IMG/VR virus record: IMGVR_UViG_3300009499_000114
Coordinates: 1 to 64,000 of that record
DNA: 64,000 bases
From: a virus
Reading direction: 5' to 3' (one strand)
Shown here: positions 9,803-20,200 of the stretch, piece by piece
Position numbering within the stretch: the first letter of the stretch is position 1
How the letters are laid out: every line of letters begins with the position of its first letter
Translations under genes and position numbers: made by a program
The notes under the pieces: generated by a model
Seen by the model: only the letters and a program-made list of their open reading frames with translations
Told to the model about the DNA's origin: nothing
Database searches by the model: none

Positions 9803-10998
9803 TGAAGATATGTGTACAGGACCTTGCTGTATTTGGCGGCGCCCCTGCGTTCTCGGAGAAACTTCACGTCGGCTGTCCTAATATTGGCGACAAAAAACTT
9901 TTAATGGAACGTATCAATGATATTCTTGACCGGCGATGGCTGACGAACGATGGTCCCTACGTTCAGAGATTTGAGTATGAAGTTGCCGAATTGGTGGGTG
10001 TCAAGCACTGCATCGCAGTGTGCAACGGGACGATGGCTCTAGAGCTCGCGATACGAGCCATGGATTTGACGGGTGAAGTTATCATTCCCTCGTTTACTTT
10101 CATCGCCACGGCTCACGCTCTCTGGTGGCAGGGGATCAGGCCCGTCTTTTGCGATATTGACCCGGCGACTCACAACATTGACCCCCGCCGAATAGAGGAG
10201 AAGATTACGCTGCACACGAGCGCAATCATCGGTGTGCACGTCTGGGGGCGCCCATGTGACGTGGAGACTCTCACCGAGATTGCCCAAGAACATGAACTTC
10301 GGTTGATGTTTGACGCGGCGCACGCATTTGATTGCTCCTATCAGGATCGCATGATCGGTAGTTTTGGGGACGCCGAGGTCTTCAGCTTCCACGCCACTAA
10401 GTTTCTCAACACGTTTGAGGGCGGTGCAGTCGTTACCAACGACGATGACCTGGCTACCAGGATTCGCCTGATGAGAAACTTCGGGTTCGCCGGAGAGGAT
10501 AACGTCGTCTGCGTCGGCACCAACGGCAAGATGAACGAAGTGTCGGCGGTGATGGGTCTGACGGGGCTTGAAAGTCTGGAAGAATTCATCGCCGTGAATC
10601 ACTGCAACTACGGATTGTATCGGCATCTACTAGAAGACATTCCAGGCATTCAGTTCGTGGCTTATGATGAGGCTGAGCAAAATAACTATCAATATATCGT
10701 TCTGGAGATAGACGACAGGATTATACAAATTAGCCGTGACCAATTAGTAGAAATTCTGCGTGCTGAGAATGTCCTGGCCCGGCGTTACTTCTACCCCGGT
10801 TGCCATCGGATGGAGCCCTACTGTTCCTATTTTACTCACGCGGAACTTTTCCTGCCCGAAACAGAGAGGCTCGTGGAACGTGTGCTGTGCCTGCCCACGG
10901 GTACGGCGGTCGGGGTAGAGGAGATCAGGGAAGTCTGCCAGATCATTCGATTCGTCGTGGAGCACGGGGCTGAGATCAGGTCAAGATTACAAGTGTGA
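9793..10998 (+). CDS. DegT/DnrJ/EryC1/StrS sugar aminotransferase (VioA/DesI-like)
   Basis: CNGTMAL, PSFTFIAT, FDAAHA, FSFHATK (PLP lysine), NGKMNE, RRYFYP. Confidence 0.93.
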   Translation: MGMMKICVQDLAVFGGAPAFSEKLHVGCPNIGDKKLLMERINDILDRRWLTNDGPYVQRFEYEVAELVGVKHCIAVCNGTMALELAIRAMDLTGEVIIPSFTFIATAHALWWQGIRPVFCDIDPATHNIDPRRIEEKITLHTSAIIGVHVWGRPCDVETLTEIAQEHELRLMFDAAHAFDCSYQDRMIGSFGDAEVFSFHATKFLNTFEGGAVVTNDDDLATRIRLMRNFGFAGEDNVVCVGTNGKMNEVSAVMGLTGLESLEEFIAVNHCNYGLYRHLLEDIPGIQFVAYDEAEQNNYQYIVLEIDDRIIQISRDQLVEILRAENVLARRYFYPGCHRMEPYCSYFTHAELFLPETERLVERVLCLPTGTAVGVEEIREVCQIIRFVVEHGAEIRSRLQV

Positions 10999-11012
10999 AA
11001 GTGAGGAATTAG

Positions 11013-11540
11013 ATGATTTCGTCGGGCATTATTTTCCAAGAAGATGAGATCACAGGGAAATTACAGGCGTTCCCTCATTATCTGGTACTGAACGGGAACG
11101 ACGAAGATCAAGTGGTGAAGGCTTACAACATATTTGACGGCGGGTATAATCTGGGCATGAGCTGCTGGAGACTGCTGAAAGCCACGTTTTACGATCTAGT
11201 GAAACACTCCAATGCATTTTGGGAATTGGTTGCCGTGGACGTTAGTACTGATGATCGTGCTACATTTGGTAAATCTCGTTCCAGGCCCATAGTTCGTGTA
11301 CTTCATGTCCCATTTTCAAAGTGCGTTGTGGACGAGAAGGAAAATCTGACGTATATGCCTTCCACAGATTCAGCTACTCTGATGCACAAATCAAGATTTA
11401 TTCAGTTTACAGATTTGTTGTTAGAAGACGAACGGGTTGAGGGCAATGAAGAAATCCTAGTCAAGCGTGCGGTAGAGAGAATTCTTCCTGAAGACATTGA
11501 CGTCGTCTTGGCGACGAGGGCTCCCGATGGACAAATTTAA
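11013..11540 (+). CDS. Hypothetical protein resembling an internal portal segment
   Basis: DLVKHSNAFWELV...RVLHVPFSKC...LMHKSRFIQFTD aligns by eye with portal DYLTQDKGAFWELI...GVAHLDSAAC...KMHATRVVHLVD. Confidence 0.55.
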   Translation: MISSGIIFQEDEITGKLQAFPHYLVLNGNDEDQVVKAYNIFDGGYNLGMSCWRLLKATFYDLVKHSNAFWELVAVDVSTDDRATFGKSRSRPIVRVLHVPFSKCVVDEKENLTYMPSTDSATLMHKSRFIQFTDLLLEDERVEGNEEILVKRAVERILPEDIDVVLATRAPDGQI

Positions 11541-11648
11541 CGTGACCGACATCCCGCCCTGGATACGCCACTTCTTAGTACACGTCGTTAAGCGCTGCGC
11601 GAACATCCTGGTGAAGTGGATTGAGGACATGCAAAAGGCAGGCGGAGG

Positions 11649-12167
11649 GTGAGCATGGTTTTAGACTTATTGAGACCCTGGGCTCGCAAAGTCGAATTAA
11701 ATGAAGCCTGGCTGGAACGGCTGGCTGATCCCGCCCTGAAACTCCTTGACATTATCCTTGCCGAAGAGGTTATGGGTTGGCGTCTTGCCCCGATGTTCAA
11801 GTGGGCGCCAGCCTGGCTACGGTTTGACCAGAATCTAGTCAGGGAAACCTGGACTGGCTATTGGTTTACTCAAGTTGACATCCCGCCCTTTGAGTTACCG
11901 AAGCTTGAGCGGATCGATGAGGACGGAAAGCACCAGAGCACATTTTTCCGGGGGAGGGAATGGTGCCCGACCCGGAATCTTGCTTGCGTGGACGTGCTGA
12001 GATCCAAACTCGGACTTCACGAGTTCGTCTTGCATTTCAAGCCCGAACCTGACCGTTGCCGAGCAGAATTGACGTCTGCTGGTAGGACATCTGGTGTCAT
12101 TAGGCCGACGCAGTCCTGGGCGATGTCTGAGGCTGTATACAAATGGTTTCAGGCCGAGGATGAATAA
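11649..12167 (+). CDS. Phage ABA-sandwich-like protein
   Basis: LDIILAEEVMGW...WCPTRNLA...WAMSEAV. Confidence 0.55.
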   Translation: MSMVLDLLRPWARKVELNEAWLERLADPALKLLDIILAEEVMGWRLAPMFKWAPAWLRFDQNLVRETWTGYWFTQVDIPPFELPKLERIDEDGKHQSTFFRGREWCPTRNLACVDVLRSKLGLHEFVLHFKPEPDRCRAELTSAGRTSGVIRPTQSWAMSEAVYKWFQAEDE

Positions 12168-12175
12168 TTAGTCCC

Positions 12176-12204
12176 TTGAACTTTTCGGCATTTTAAGGTA
12201 TAAT
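12176..12204 (+). promoter_or_regulatory. Sigma70-type promoter
   Basis: TTGAAC-17 nt-TATAAT; GAGGAGG RBS before ATG 12234. Confidence 0.7.
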
Positions 12205-12233
12205 AAGTACTAATAGCTCAGAGGAGGCTAAAG

Positions 12234-12446
12234 ATGAACGACGAATTGAACGAACAACAGCAGAAGGCTTGGAGCCGTGTCGTCAAAGTCTGGCAAGATA
12301 TCTTCAGAAAGGATATTTCCGCTCAGGTTAGTCCTAGTGTAGTTCTGAGCCTGGCCGAAGAAAACGGGATTGATCTTCTTACAGCAGAAGAGGGTGTCCT
12401 GTTAAATGTAGTTAATCAAGCCAAGATAAAATCATTCTACTCATAG
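12234..12446 (+). CDS. Small hypothetical protein (moron-like)
   Basis: Own promoter, RBS and downstream terminator. Confidence 0.65.
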   Translation: MNDELNEQQQKAWSRVVKVWQDIFRKDISAQVSPSVVLSLAEENGIDLLTAEEGVLLNVVNQAKIKSFYS

Positions 12447-12532
12447 ATTCCAAATCAAACGTATAAACTTGTAGTCAAGGAACTAGCCGGAAGATTCACA
12501 ATCTGTCCATCTTCTCGGCCGTAGGCCCGCTT

Positions 12533-12563
12533 AAGCTCGCCTCAATTGAGGTGGGCTTTTTTT
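12533..12563 (+). terminator. Rho-independent terminator
   Basis: AAGCTCGCCTCA-AT-TGAGGTGGGCTT hairpin running into a T7 tract. Confidence 0.7.
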
Positions 12564-12585
12564 CTATTCTCAACGGAGGTCGGGC

Positions 12586-12771
12586 ATGTCAGGGGACAAG
12601 TCCAAACAGTACAAGCTATTAGCGGTGGGAGAAATCGGTGGTCCTGTGAAGTGGGTCTCACCTAAGCGGAAATGGTACGTTCGCCTTGAACTTTGGATGC
12701 AATCCTGCTTGGTGCATTTGGCCTTTCTGACCGCAGGATTTCTGATGGGATTGGCCGTGGCTTATTTCTAG
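12586..12771 (+). CDS. Small membrane-anchored protein
   Basis: GGAGG RBS; C-terminal hydrophobic helix. Confidence 0.5.
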   Translation: MSGDKSKQYKLLAVGEIGGPVKWVSPKRKWYVRLELWMQSCLVHLAFLTAGFLMGLAVAYF

Positions 12772-12788
12772 ACGAATTGAGATGAGAA

Positions 12789-13391
12789 ATGTTTAAGCAC
12801 TTGGCGAAGTTCGAAAAGATCCTGGTCACCGGCCCGCAACGGTCGGGCACCAACATTTGCGCTCGGATGATTGCGCATGACACGGGCCACGTGTTCGTGT
12901 CAGAGGACGCGATAGCTCCCTCTGACTCTGGGCTTAAAGAGCTCAATGTTCTGTTCCAGCAGGATCTGAAGTTCGTCGTGCATGGACCTTACTTCTGCCG
13001 ACACGCGCATGAGTTTGCCATCCCCGGGTCATTGATTGTCTTAATGATCCGTGACCTGAAAAGTATATACGAATCGCAGGAGCGGGTAGGCTGGCGTTAT
13101 GGGCAGATGGATCTCAGCAAGCAGTATGATTCATTTCCGGTAGGGCGGCTAGTGATCAGTCAGGTGGTGCAGGAATTGAAGGAAGTGAATCCCGATAAGA
13201 TAATTGCCGGGGTGAAGTATCATTTCTGGTCTGAATACCAAAGATTATGGATTAAAGATTATCTTGAGGTTTCATTTGATTCGCTGACTGAACATCCATT
13301 GTGGGTACCGAAGGAACAGCGCGCAGATTTCACTTTCCACCAGACGAAGGTAGACGAGATTCCAGAATTTGAGGAAGCCGGGAATGGCTAA
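12789..13391 (+). CDS. Sulfotransferase-like P-loop protein
   Basis: KILVTGPQRSGTN (5'-PSB-like loop); LIVLMIRD...YES (3'-PB-like). Confidence 0.6.
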   Translation: MFKHLAKFEKILVTGPQRSGTNICARMIAHDTGHVFVSEDAIAPSDSGLKELNVLFQQDLKFVVHGPYFCRHAHEFAIPGSLIVLMIRDLKSIYESQERVGWRYGQMDLSKQYDSFPVGRLVISQVVQELKEVNPDKIIAGVKYHFWSEYQRLWIKDYLEVSFDSLTEHPLWVPKEQRADFTFHQTKVDEIPEFEEAGNG

Positions 13392-14988
13392 GCGAGCAGC
13401 GCGGGCGAAAACCGAGGCGGGCGATGGTAACCTGCCCGTCGAGGCCAAGGCCCTGACGCCCCAGCAGGAAATCGACGAGCTGTCGATCCAGCCCCGCGCC
13501 CAGCCCAAGGCGGTGCCCGAGACGACGGCATCCGTCATGTGGTTCGTTCAGTCGGGCGGTGACGACGAGATTGCTGCTTGGTGGTCTGAACAGCGGGATG
13601 TGGGTCTGCGTGAATTCTGGATGCTGCCCGGCAATGACATCCTGGCTGGGGCGGTATCCTCGATGGTTAAAAAGTTCAAGGCGATGTCCTGGGTCGTCGA
13701 AGGTCCCCAGCGTGTCGTCGGACACTACCAGAACGTCCTGTCCGAGGCCGAGTTCGGGCATGGCTGGGGCACGCTGCTGGGCAAGACGCTGACCGACTAC
13801 CTGACCCAGGACAAGGGCGCCTTCTGGGAACTCATTGGGCGGGGGAAGCCCGACGAGGCCATCGAAGGGAAAGTCCTGGGCGTCGCACACCTGGACTCGG
13901 CCGCCTGCCAGCTCACCGGCGACCCGGTCTATCCTGTGCTCTACCGCACGCCAAAAGATAAGATCAGCCACAAGATGCACGCGACGCGCGTGGTGCACCT
14001 GGTGGACATGCCCAGCCCGAACCAGGGCATGAACTCCATCGGCTTCTGTGCCGTTAGCCGCGTCATCGCCGCCTCGAACGTGCTGCTCAAGCTGGCCAAG
14101 TACAAGAACGAGAAATTATCTGACTTGCCCCAGTCCGGTCTACTGCTCTTTAACAATCTGATGCCCACGAAATGGGAAGATGCCACGGCCAACTACCAGC
14201 GAGAGCGGCGGCGAATGGGTCAGGAACTATGGACGAATGTGATGACCCTGTTCGGCATCGACCCCGCCCATCCAGTGAGCGCCGAGTTCATCAACTTTGC
14301 TGGGCTGCCTGATGCCTTTGATGAGCGAGAGGCGACGGACATCTACGTCAACATCGTCGCCCTGGCGTTCGGCGTGGACGTGCGCGAGTTCTGGCCGCTC
14401 TCGGCCGGGCCGATGGGCACGGCGGCCGAGACGCTGATAATGCACCAGAAGGCGCGCGGCAAGGGCGTGGGCGACATCGTCAGCACGCTGGAGCGGGTCG
14501 TCAACTGGAAGATATTGGCGCCGTCTGTCTCGTTCGGGTTCGACTTCCGCGACGACGAGGAGGACCGGCAGCGGGCCGAGCTGGACAAGGCGCGCACAGA
14601 GACCATCATGTCGATGTGGCAGCCGCCTAAAGCCGAGGGCGAAGAAATGCCGGTGACGCGCGCCGAACTGCGGCAGATGCTGGCCGACAACGTAGGTGAC
14701 TACTTTAAGGAGGACTTCCTGGAGGTGGACGTCACCGAGGAAGTCGAAGCCACCGACACGGAACGTGAAGAAAAGCAGATGATGCGGGACCGGTTCGGCC
14801 CGAGGGTGAGCATGGACCATAAGGGGGTCGTGCGGCCTCTTGACGGGCGGCGAAACGGGCGTCTCGCGGTTGACGAAGTTTTGACCGCTGTTGAGCATAA
14901 TTACCGGGCTGGTTTGGTAGAGGCCGAGGATTTGGCCGAGTTCGCCATGGGTGAACTGCTGGACCGACGGAGGGCCAATGGCGGTTAG
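13384..14988 (+). CDS. Portal protein
   Basis: About 535 aa in head-module position; GAFWELI, GFCAVS, IVALAFGVD...FW motifs. Confidence 0.8.
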   Translation: MAKRAARAKTEAGDGNLPVEAKALTPQQEIDELSIQPRAQPKAVPETTASVMWFVQSGGDDEIAAWWSEQRDVGLREFWMLPGNDILAGAVSSMVKKFKAMSWVVEGPQRVVGHYQNVLSEAEFGHGWGTLLGKTLTDYLTQDKGAFWELIGRGKPDEAIEGKVLGVAHLDSAACQLTGDPVYPVLYRTPKDKISHKMHATRVVHLVDMPSPNQGMNSIGFCAVSRVIAASNVLLKLAKYKNEKLSDLPQSGLLLFNNLMPTKWEDATANYQRERRRMGQELWTNVMTLFGIDPAHPVSAEFINFAGLPDAFDEREATDIYVNIVALAFGVDVREFWPLSAGPMGTAAETLIMHQKARGKGVGDIVSTLERVVNWKILAPSVSFGFDFRDDEEDRQRAELDKARTETIMSMWQPPKAEGEEMPVTRAELRQMLADNVGDYFKEDFLEVDVTEEVEATDTEREEKQMMRDRFGPRVSMDHKGVVRPLDGRRNGRLAVDEVLTAVEHNYRAGLVEAEDLAEFAMGELLDRRRANGG

Positions 14989-16405
14989 AAAAGCTACCAT
15001 TGCGGGTTACCGTCAGGCCCTGCGCGGGGCGGTGCGCGGGTTGTGGTCGGGCGTCATAGACAGCAGCCAGTTCGAGGAGATAGTGCGCGATTCGGTTTAC
15101 CGGGGCTTGAACCAGGCCTGGCTGAAGGGCGCGGCGCAGTGCGGCATTGCCGAGGAGGACTTGACGCTTGACGAGTGGGAGGTGCTGAGCAAGGCACTGG
15201 CGGAGGAGATTAGCCACATTCGGAATCTATCCGAGCGAGTCGAGGGTAATAGCAAGGCAAAAGGCGGGAAAGTCACGCCACTGCTGGCTCACTTGTCGCT
15301 GTGGGTGAACCGCTACACCGACGTGCAGAACCAGGCCAAGGTGATGGCCTGCAAGGACAAGAAGCTAATTTGGATTTTCAATCCGCAGAAGGAAAATTGT
15401 AATACTTGCAAGAAATTACACAACAAGGTCAAGCGGGCGTCGTACTGGAAGCGGATCGGACTCCGCCCGCAGAATCCTCCGAACGACATGCTGGACTGCG
15501 GTGGGTGGGAATGTGGTTGTCGTTTAGAGGTGACGGATAAGCCGGTGAGCAAGGGGAAATTGCCGAGTGTGAGAGGACCTAAACCTGTTGAACCAACGCG
15601 CAAAGTACAGCCACGTAAACCGGGCCAGGCTCCCGAGGGTAGAGATGTAACTTCCGAAAAACTTGACGAATTCTTAATGAAGGATCTCGGTCCCGGCTCT
15701 TGGGAGGATGTATCGCAGGATACTAGAGCACGAGCCAAGCACGAATTAGTGACAACTTTGGCAGAACGTACTGGCCTTGACTACGAGGAAGTGAATAAGT
15801 TTGTTTACCAATGGTCTAAGTCATCTAATGATGAAGACATGCGTTCTCTCATGATCCAAGTAGCATCATCAGAGGAATTTGGAATTCCGCTATCCGATTT
15901 CACTAAAGGAAGGATTGCTGAGCTTGAGGAAAAACTCAAGATTTTTGAACAATATCATTTGGATGTGGGCCCTGAATTACGTCCCCTGATGGGTATGGAT
16001 CGCCAGAAGAGACTTCTTCGGGTTATGTACGATAGAACTCAAGAAAAGCTCAAAGAAGCTGGCTTTAAGCCCGACGATGTGATAAGGCTTCGAAGAGGAG
16101 TTGGGCTGCCAGTAGAGGTGGTGAAGGATTGGAAGCGGGGTGGAATAAAGAATATTGTAGGCAATCCACTGGAAAGTTGGTCTGTAGGCCAGGAGGCAGC
16201 AGAATATTTTGCTCGTGATGCAACTCGCCGTGGTCAAGTGGGAATAGTTTTTGAGATTGATATGCCTATCAGTTCGATCATATCGTCGGCACGAACTGGG
16301 CTTGGCAGCTTACCCGAAGGTGAATTTGTGGCCGTTGGAAGTATACCTGGTGAAGCAAAAGTGATTAAAGGACTCAAACCGGAGAGAGTATGGCAACAAG
16401 AATAA
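14978..16405 (+). CDS. MuF/gp7-like head morphogenesis protein with C-terminal ADP-ribosyltransferase-like domain
   Basis: Follows portal; NCNTCKKLH...CGGWECGCRL MuF Cys motif; C-terminal R-S-E pattern LRRG...ESWS...EGEF. Confidence 0.72.
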   Translation: MAVRKATIAGYRQALRGAVRGLWSGVIDSSQFEEIVRDSVYRGLNQAWLKGAAQCGIAEEDLTLDEWEVLSKALAEEISHIRNLSERVEGNSKAKGGKVTPLLAHLSLWVNRYTDVQNQAKVMACKDKKLIWIFNPQKENCNTCKKLHNKVKRASYWKRIGLRPQNPPNDMLDCGGWECGCRLEVTDKPVSKGKLPSVRGPKPVEPTRKVQPRKPGQAPEGRDVTSEKLDEFLMKDLGPGSWEDVSQDTRARAKHELVTTLAERTGLDYEEVNKFVYQWSKSSNDEDMRSLMIQVASSEEFGIPLSDFTKGRIAELEEKLKIFEQYHLDVGPELRPLMGMDRQKRLLRVMYDRTQEKLKEAGFKPDDVIRLRRGVGLPVEVVKDWKRGGIKNIVGNPLESWSVGQEAAEYFARDATRRGQVGIVFEIDMPISSIISSARTGLGSLPEGEFVAVGSIPGEAKVIKGLKPERVWQQE

Positions 16406-16527
16406 AGGACCTGATCAATATTGGGGATACTGACGAAAACGCGGACTGGACCAAAACAAAGAAGAATCGCAAAGAAGAGCGTCAGATATACGAAGAACTA
16501 AAACGAAAAAATAAGAAGTCCGACTAA
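16390..16527 (+). CDS. Small charged protein (45 aa), candidate immunity partner
   Basis: GGAG RBS; MATRIKDLINIGDTDENADWTK...; overlaps the MuF stop. Confidence 0.45.
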   Translation: MATRIKDLINIGDTDENADWTKTKKNRKEERQIYEELKRKNKKSD

Positions 16528-16658
16528 TATGAGAACTATCCTGACACGTCTGCTGTCTCAAATGATAGACTGGCTGACTTCCCTGCGGGACCGGCTCGCA
16601 GGCGAAGTTGAGACGCCCGTAATGCCGCCCGAGCCGGGTGATGGGAGAGGATAAGCTA

Positions 16659-17297
16659 ATGCCGTCTACTGGAAAAGTCACCGCTGAGGAAATGGCCAGT
16701 GCTGTCCTCGTCGTTCGCTGGCTTGCAGACAACGACGTGGTGAAGGTAGCACTGACGGGCACCCTGGATAGTGGATCGCCGCAGGAATTGTTGGTGGACT
16801 CCACGGTCGGTGCGCTGTCGGTCATAGACACGATACACCACGAGATTCACGAGGGCGTCGCATTTGAGGCGTCCTATAAATCGCCGGACGGATCGGAGCT
16901 CGCGGACAATGAGACGCTGGAGATACTGTTCGTCATGGGTGCCACCAAAGAGGCCCACGTCACGTTCATCGCAGCGGCGGTCGGAAACTTCGAGTTGAGA
17001 CTATCTGAGGTCACGGTGGGCGCGAACGGCACGGCTCTAGAAGTTAACAACTTGAGCGCAGTCATTGATACCGCTGCTGAAGTGAGGATTTTCCATACTC
17101 CGGTTCTTCCGGTCATCGTCCGCACCTACCTCGATGTGTGGATGCCCGGCGGGACCGGCGGGAAAATCCAGGGCGGCAGCACCCGCGAAGAAGTCGAGCA
17201 CGTCTTCGCCCCGAATAAGAATTATCTGTTGCGCCTGACGAACCGGTCGGGCGGTGCCCAGCCCGCCAGCGCGCACGTCCAGTGGTACGAGGTGTGA
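16659..17297 (+). CDS. Hypothetical (possibly virion) protein
   Basis: GAGG RBS; beta-rich ORF in the head module. Confidence 0.6.
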   Translation: MPSTGKVTAEEMASAVLVVRWLADNDVVKVALTGTLDSGSPQELLVDSTVGALSVIDTIHHEIHEGVAFEASYKSPDGSELADNETLEILFVMGATKEAHVTFIAAAVGNFELRLSEVTVGANGTALEVNNLSAVIDTAAEVRIFHTPVLPVIVRTYLDVWMPGGTGGKIQGGSTREEVEHVFAPNKNYLLRLTNRSGGAQPASAHVQWYEV

Positions 17298-20200
17298 TGG
17301 AAACAGATCAGAAAGTTACTTTTGAGGAAATGGATGCAGGTCTCATCGGGCGGAAGCCCGACGATTCCTTGCTCGATACACATCGACACACGCACGGCCT
17401 CGCCAAGTTGGGCGATGTTGATTGTACTGAACTGAAGCGTGTCCACAGTCTGGTCGTGGCAGAGATGAAGCGGCGCGAGATGAATCACGATTCGCCATTG
17501 GAATGCACTGGGGCGAAAGCTGGCCTGTGCCTCCAGCCGCCGCACGGCTTTCTGCTCTGGCGCGGCAAGAAAACGGCCATCGCCGAACCGCCGAATTTCG
17601 TAGAACAATACGGTGACAAGGCAATTGACATGCCGCTGGTCGTCGTCTCGGGCGATGAAGCCTACGGCGTCGTGATATTAGGTAAGCCAGCATCTATGAC
17701 GGTGGAAGAATTCGACCGGCGCGAGTGGACCGAACAGCACCGGGTCAGACCGGAGGAACGCAAGGAATGGTGGCTCGGCGCAGAAATGCTGCACGTCTAC
17801 CCGATCAAGGATTGGAAACCTTACCCTGAATCGCGTCCTATTGTCGTCCCACAGGATGCTCAGGGCTATGTGCATGCCGTTGAATTCAAGGCGTACCGCC
17901 CGCCTACCGAACAGGAACAGGTACTCATCACGAAGGGAAAGCGACTCCCTAAGACCATTGTGCTGACGCCGAACGCCGTGTCGTTGACCGGCTCGCAAAT
18001 CTACGGGCAGCAAGCGGCGCAGGATACTGACCTAGTCGTCGTCGGCGCGGATTGGCGTGAGGACGAGGAACAATTTGTGGTACCCTTGACGCCTACCTTC
18101 AAGGAGAAGGTGGAGCGGGTATTGAAAGCCGTGTTTGGGATTGATAACGAAGTCCAGTACATTGCCGAAGGCGCGGGCGCGACGTTCGACTATCTACCGC
18201 TCTACGACCTGGCGCTGGTGCGCCGGCCCCGGCTGGAGGTGGAGCACGTCAGCGAGGCAGAGCCAGACTTCGCCGCGCTGTGCTACGATAAGAAGGCGAC
18301 GACGGAGGGGACGAGCGGCGGGAATGTGCAAGTCAAACAAGAGTCGGAAGACGACCCGGCAGCCGCGCCCTCCGCGTCCAAGGCCGCGTCGCTATTAGAT
18401 TACCCTGACGAGGGCAAGGGTTCACGCTTCGTCTTCCAACATCACTACCGAGGAAAAAGTGTCCATGGTGACTTTCGGGTCGAGACCGGGGATTACCTGG
18501 TAGGCTGGACGGTAGCCGACCAAATCACAGGCGCAATCAAAGAGTCCGTCACGACGATGGCCGACGCGAAACGCGAGAACGCCGACGCTGGTAACTGGAA
18601 GATGGACCTGAAGACGGGCCTCATCAAGCCACGCAAGATCAGGGGAGGAACCGTTAGGCGGGGCGAGTTACGCGCCTTCCCCAAGGCAACCGAAATTCCC
18701 GAGGCTTGGCTGGACGTGGAGGGCGTGACGGAGAAGCCCGAGCCCGGCGAAGTAACGCCGGTAGGGGCGACTACTGAATTCCCTGGCGTGTTCACCATCA
18801 TCGAAAAGGGGACGGTGGAGCACGGGGCCAAGAAAGCTACATTCCAAGAATACTTCGTCCACGGCAAGAAGTGGGCCGACCAGCGCTGGATGTTCAGGAC
18901 ACTGGAACGCAAAGAAGATGAAAAGGGCGTCTCGTTCATCGATGTTGAGACAGGAGAAGTCCTGGACGGGTGGGAGGAATTATTTGAGTCCCTTGAAAAG
19001 GCCGCGGTTCTCCCGCCGGGTCAAGAGGAAGAGGAACCGCGGACTAAGACTTTCTGGGTGCTGATGCAGCCCGAGGACCAGACGCCTTACGTGCTGGGGA
19101 GGGAAGCCGTCAAGAAAGGTTGGCTCCCGCCCAAGAGCGTGTCGGCACTGCCCAAGTCCATCCGCAAACATGTGCCGGAGAATCTCCAGTACTGGAAATC
19201 CAGCGGTAAGGCAGCGCTGGCGAAGCGCAGGGAACTGTCCGAGCTAGACATCCGAGAACTGGGTGGGCCGGAACTGAAGGAGGATGAATCCATGTACACG
19301 TATTCCTGCAAGACGTGTGAGAAAGAATTTGAGAGCAAAGTCGCCTTGGAGCAACCGGTTTGTTTGGATTGCGGGAATGTTCCGGACGAGAAAGCTGGCC
19401 GGCGCCTGCGTGGTGACAAGCTGGGCCTGCTGACCGAAATTAGGGATGGCTTTGACAGCTTGATGGAACGCTTGAAGGAACTCATCTCTTGGGGCGGTTA
19501 CGACGACGAGCAACCGAGCACGCTGGCTGACCTGTTCAAGGGTGATACGGGCTTCGCCGTCAAGGAAGTGGAGGGTGTAAGTTGGTTCTTCACCTGGACA
19601 ACGAATGCTTTTGAGGATCGACAGAAGGAAATCTTTTCTACGCAAGCACTTGAGCACTACGTATCTGAGAATAATGAGAAGGAAGATAAAGGTACTTTCA
19701 ACCTATGGCATATCAATGACGGTGCTGGTACCAATTTTGCCCGTAAGGAATGGCAAGCCGTAATAGGCCGGTTCCTGGTCGAGGCCGGGCCATTCTTGGA
19801 CAATCACCAAGGACACAGTGCCACGAAATTCTTTACGCAAAATCCAGAAGCACACTCGGCCCTGGCCCCCGAGGGTTGGGGATGCTCGCCGGAGTACAAA
19901 TATCTGCCAGAGGAGCGCGAGACGGGAATTTACGATTGGATCTGGATCGTTCGTACATCTATCCTGCCCAGAGCGGCAGCAGCGAACATCTGGACGAAAG
20001 CCACGGAGGTAACGACCATGGCTATGACGGATCAACAGAAAGAAATGGCCGACGCCATCTTCGGCAAGGACTGGGTACAGACGAACCTGATCCAGGAAGG
20101 AGACCGTCGGACTAAGGAACTCGAAGAGGCGGATATCGCTCACAAGGGCGAGACGCCTGAACCGGAAGTCAAACCGGCCGCTGAACCCGAGACGGACGAG

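Noticed and set aside
11549-11889. 13-bp direct repeat GACATCCCGCCCT
   Set aside because: Short, within coding sequence, with no supporting structure; may be chance.
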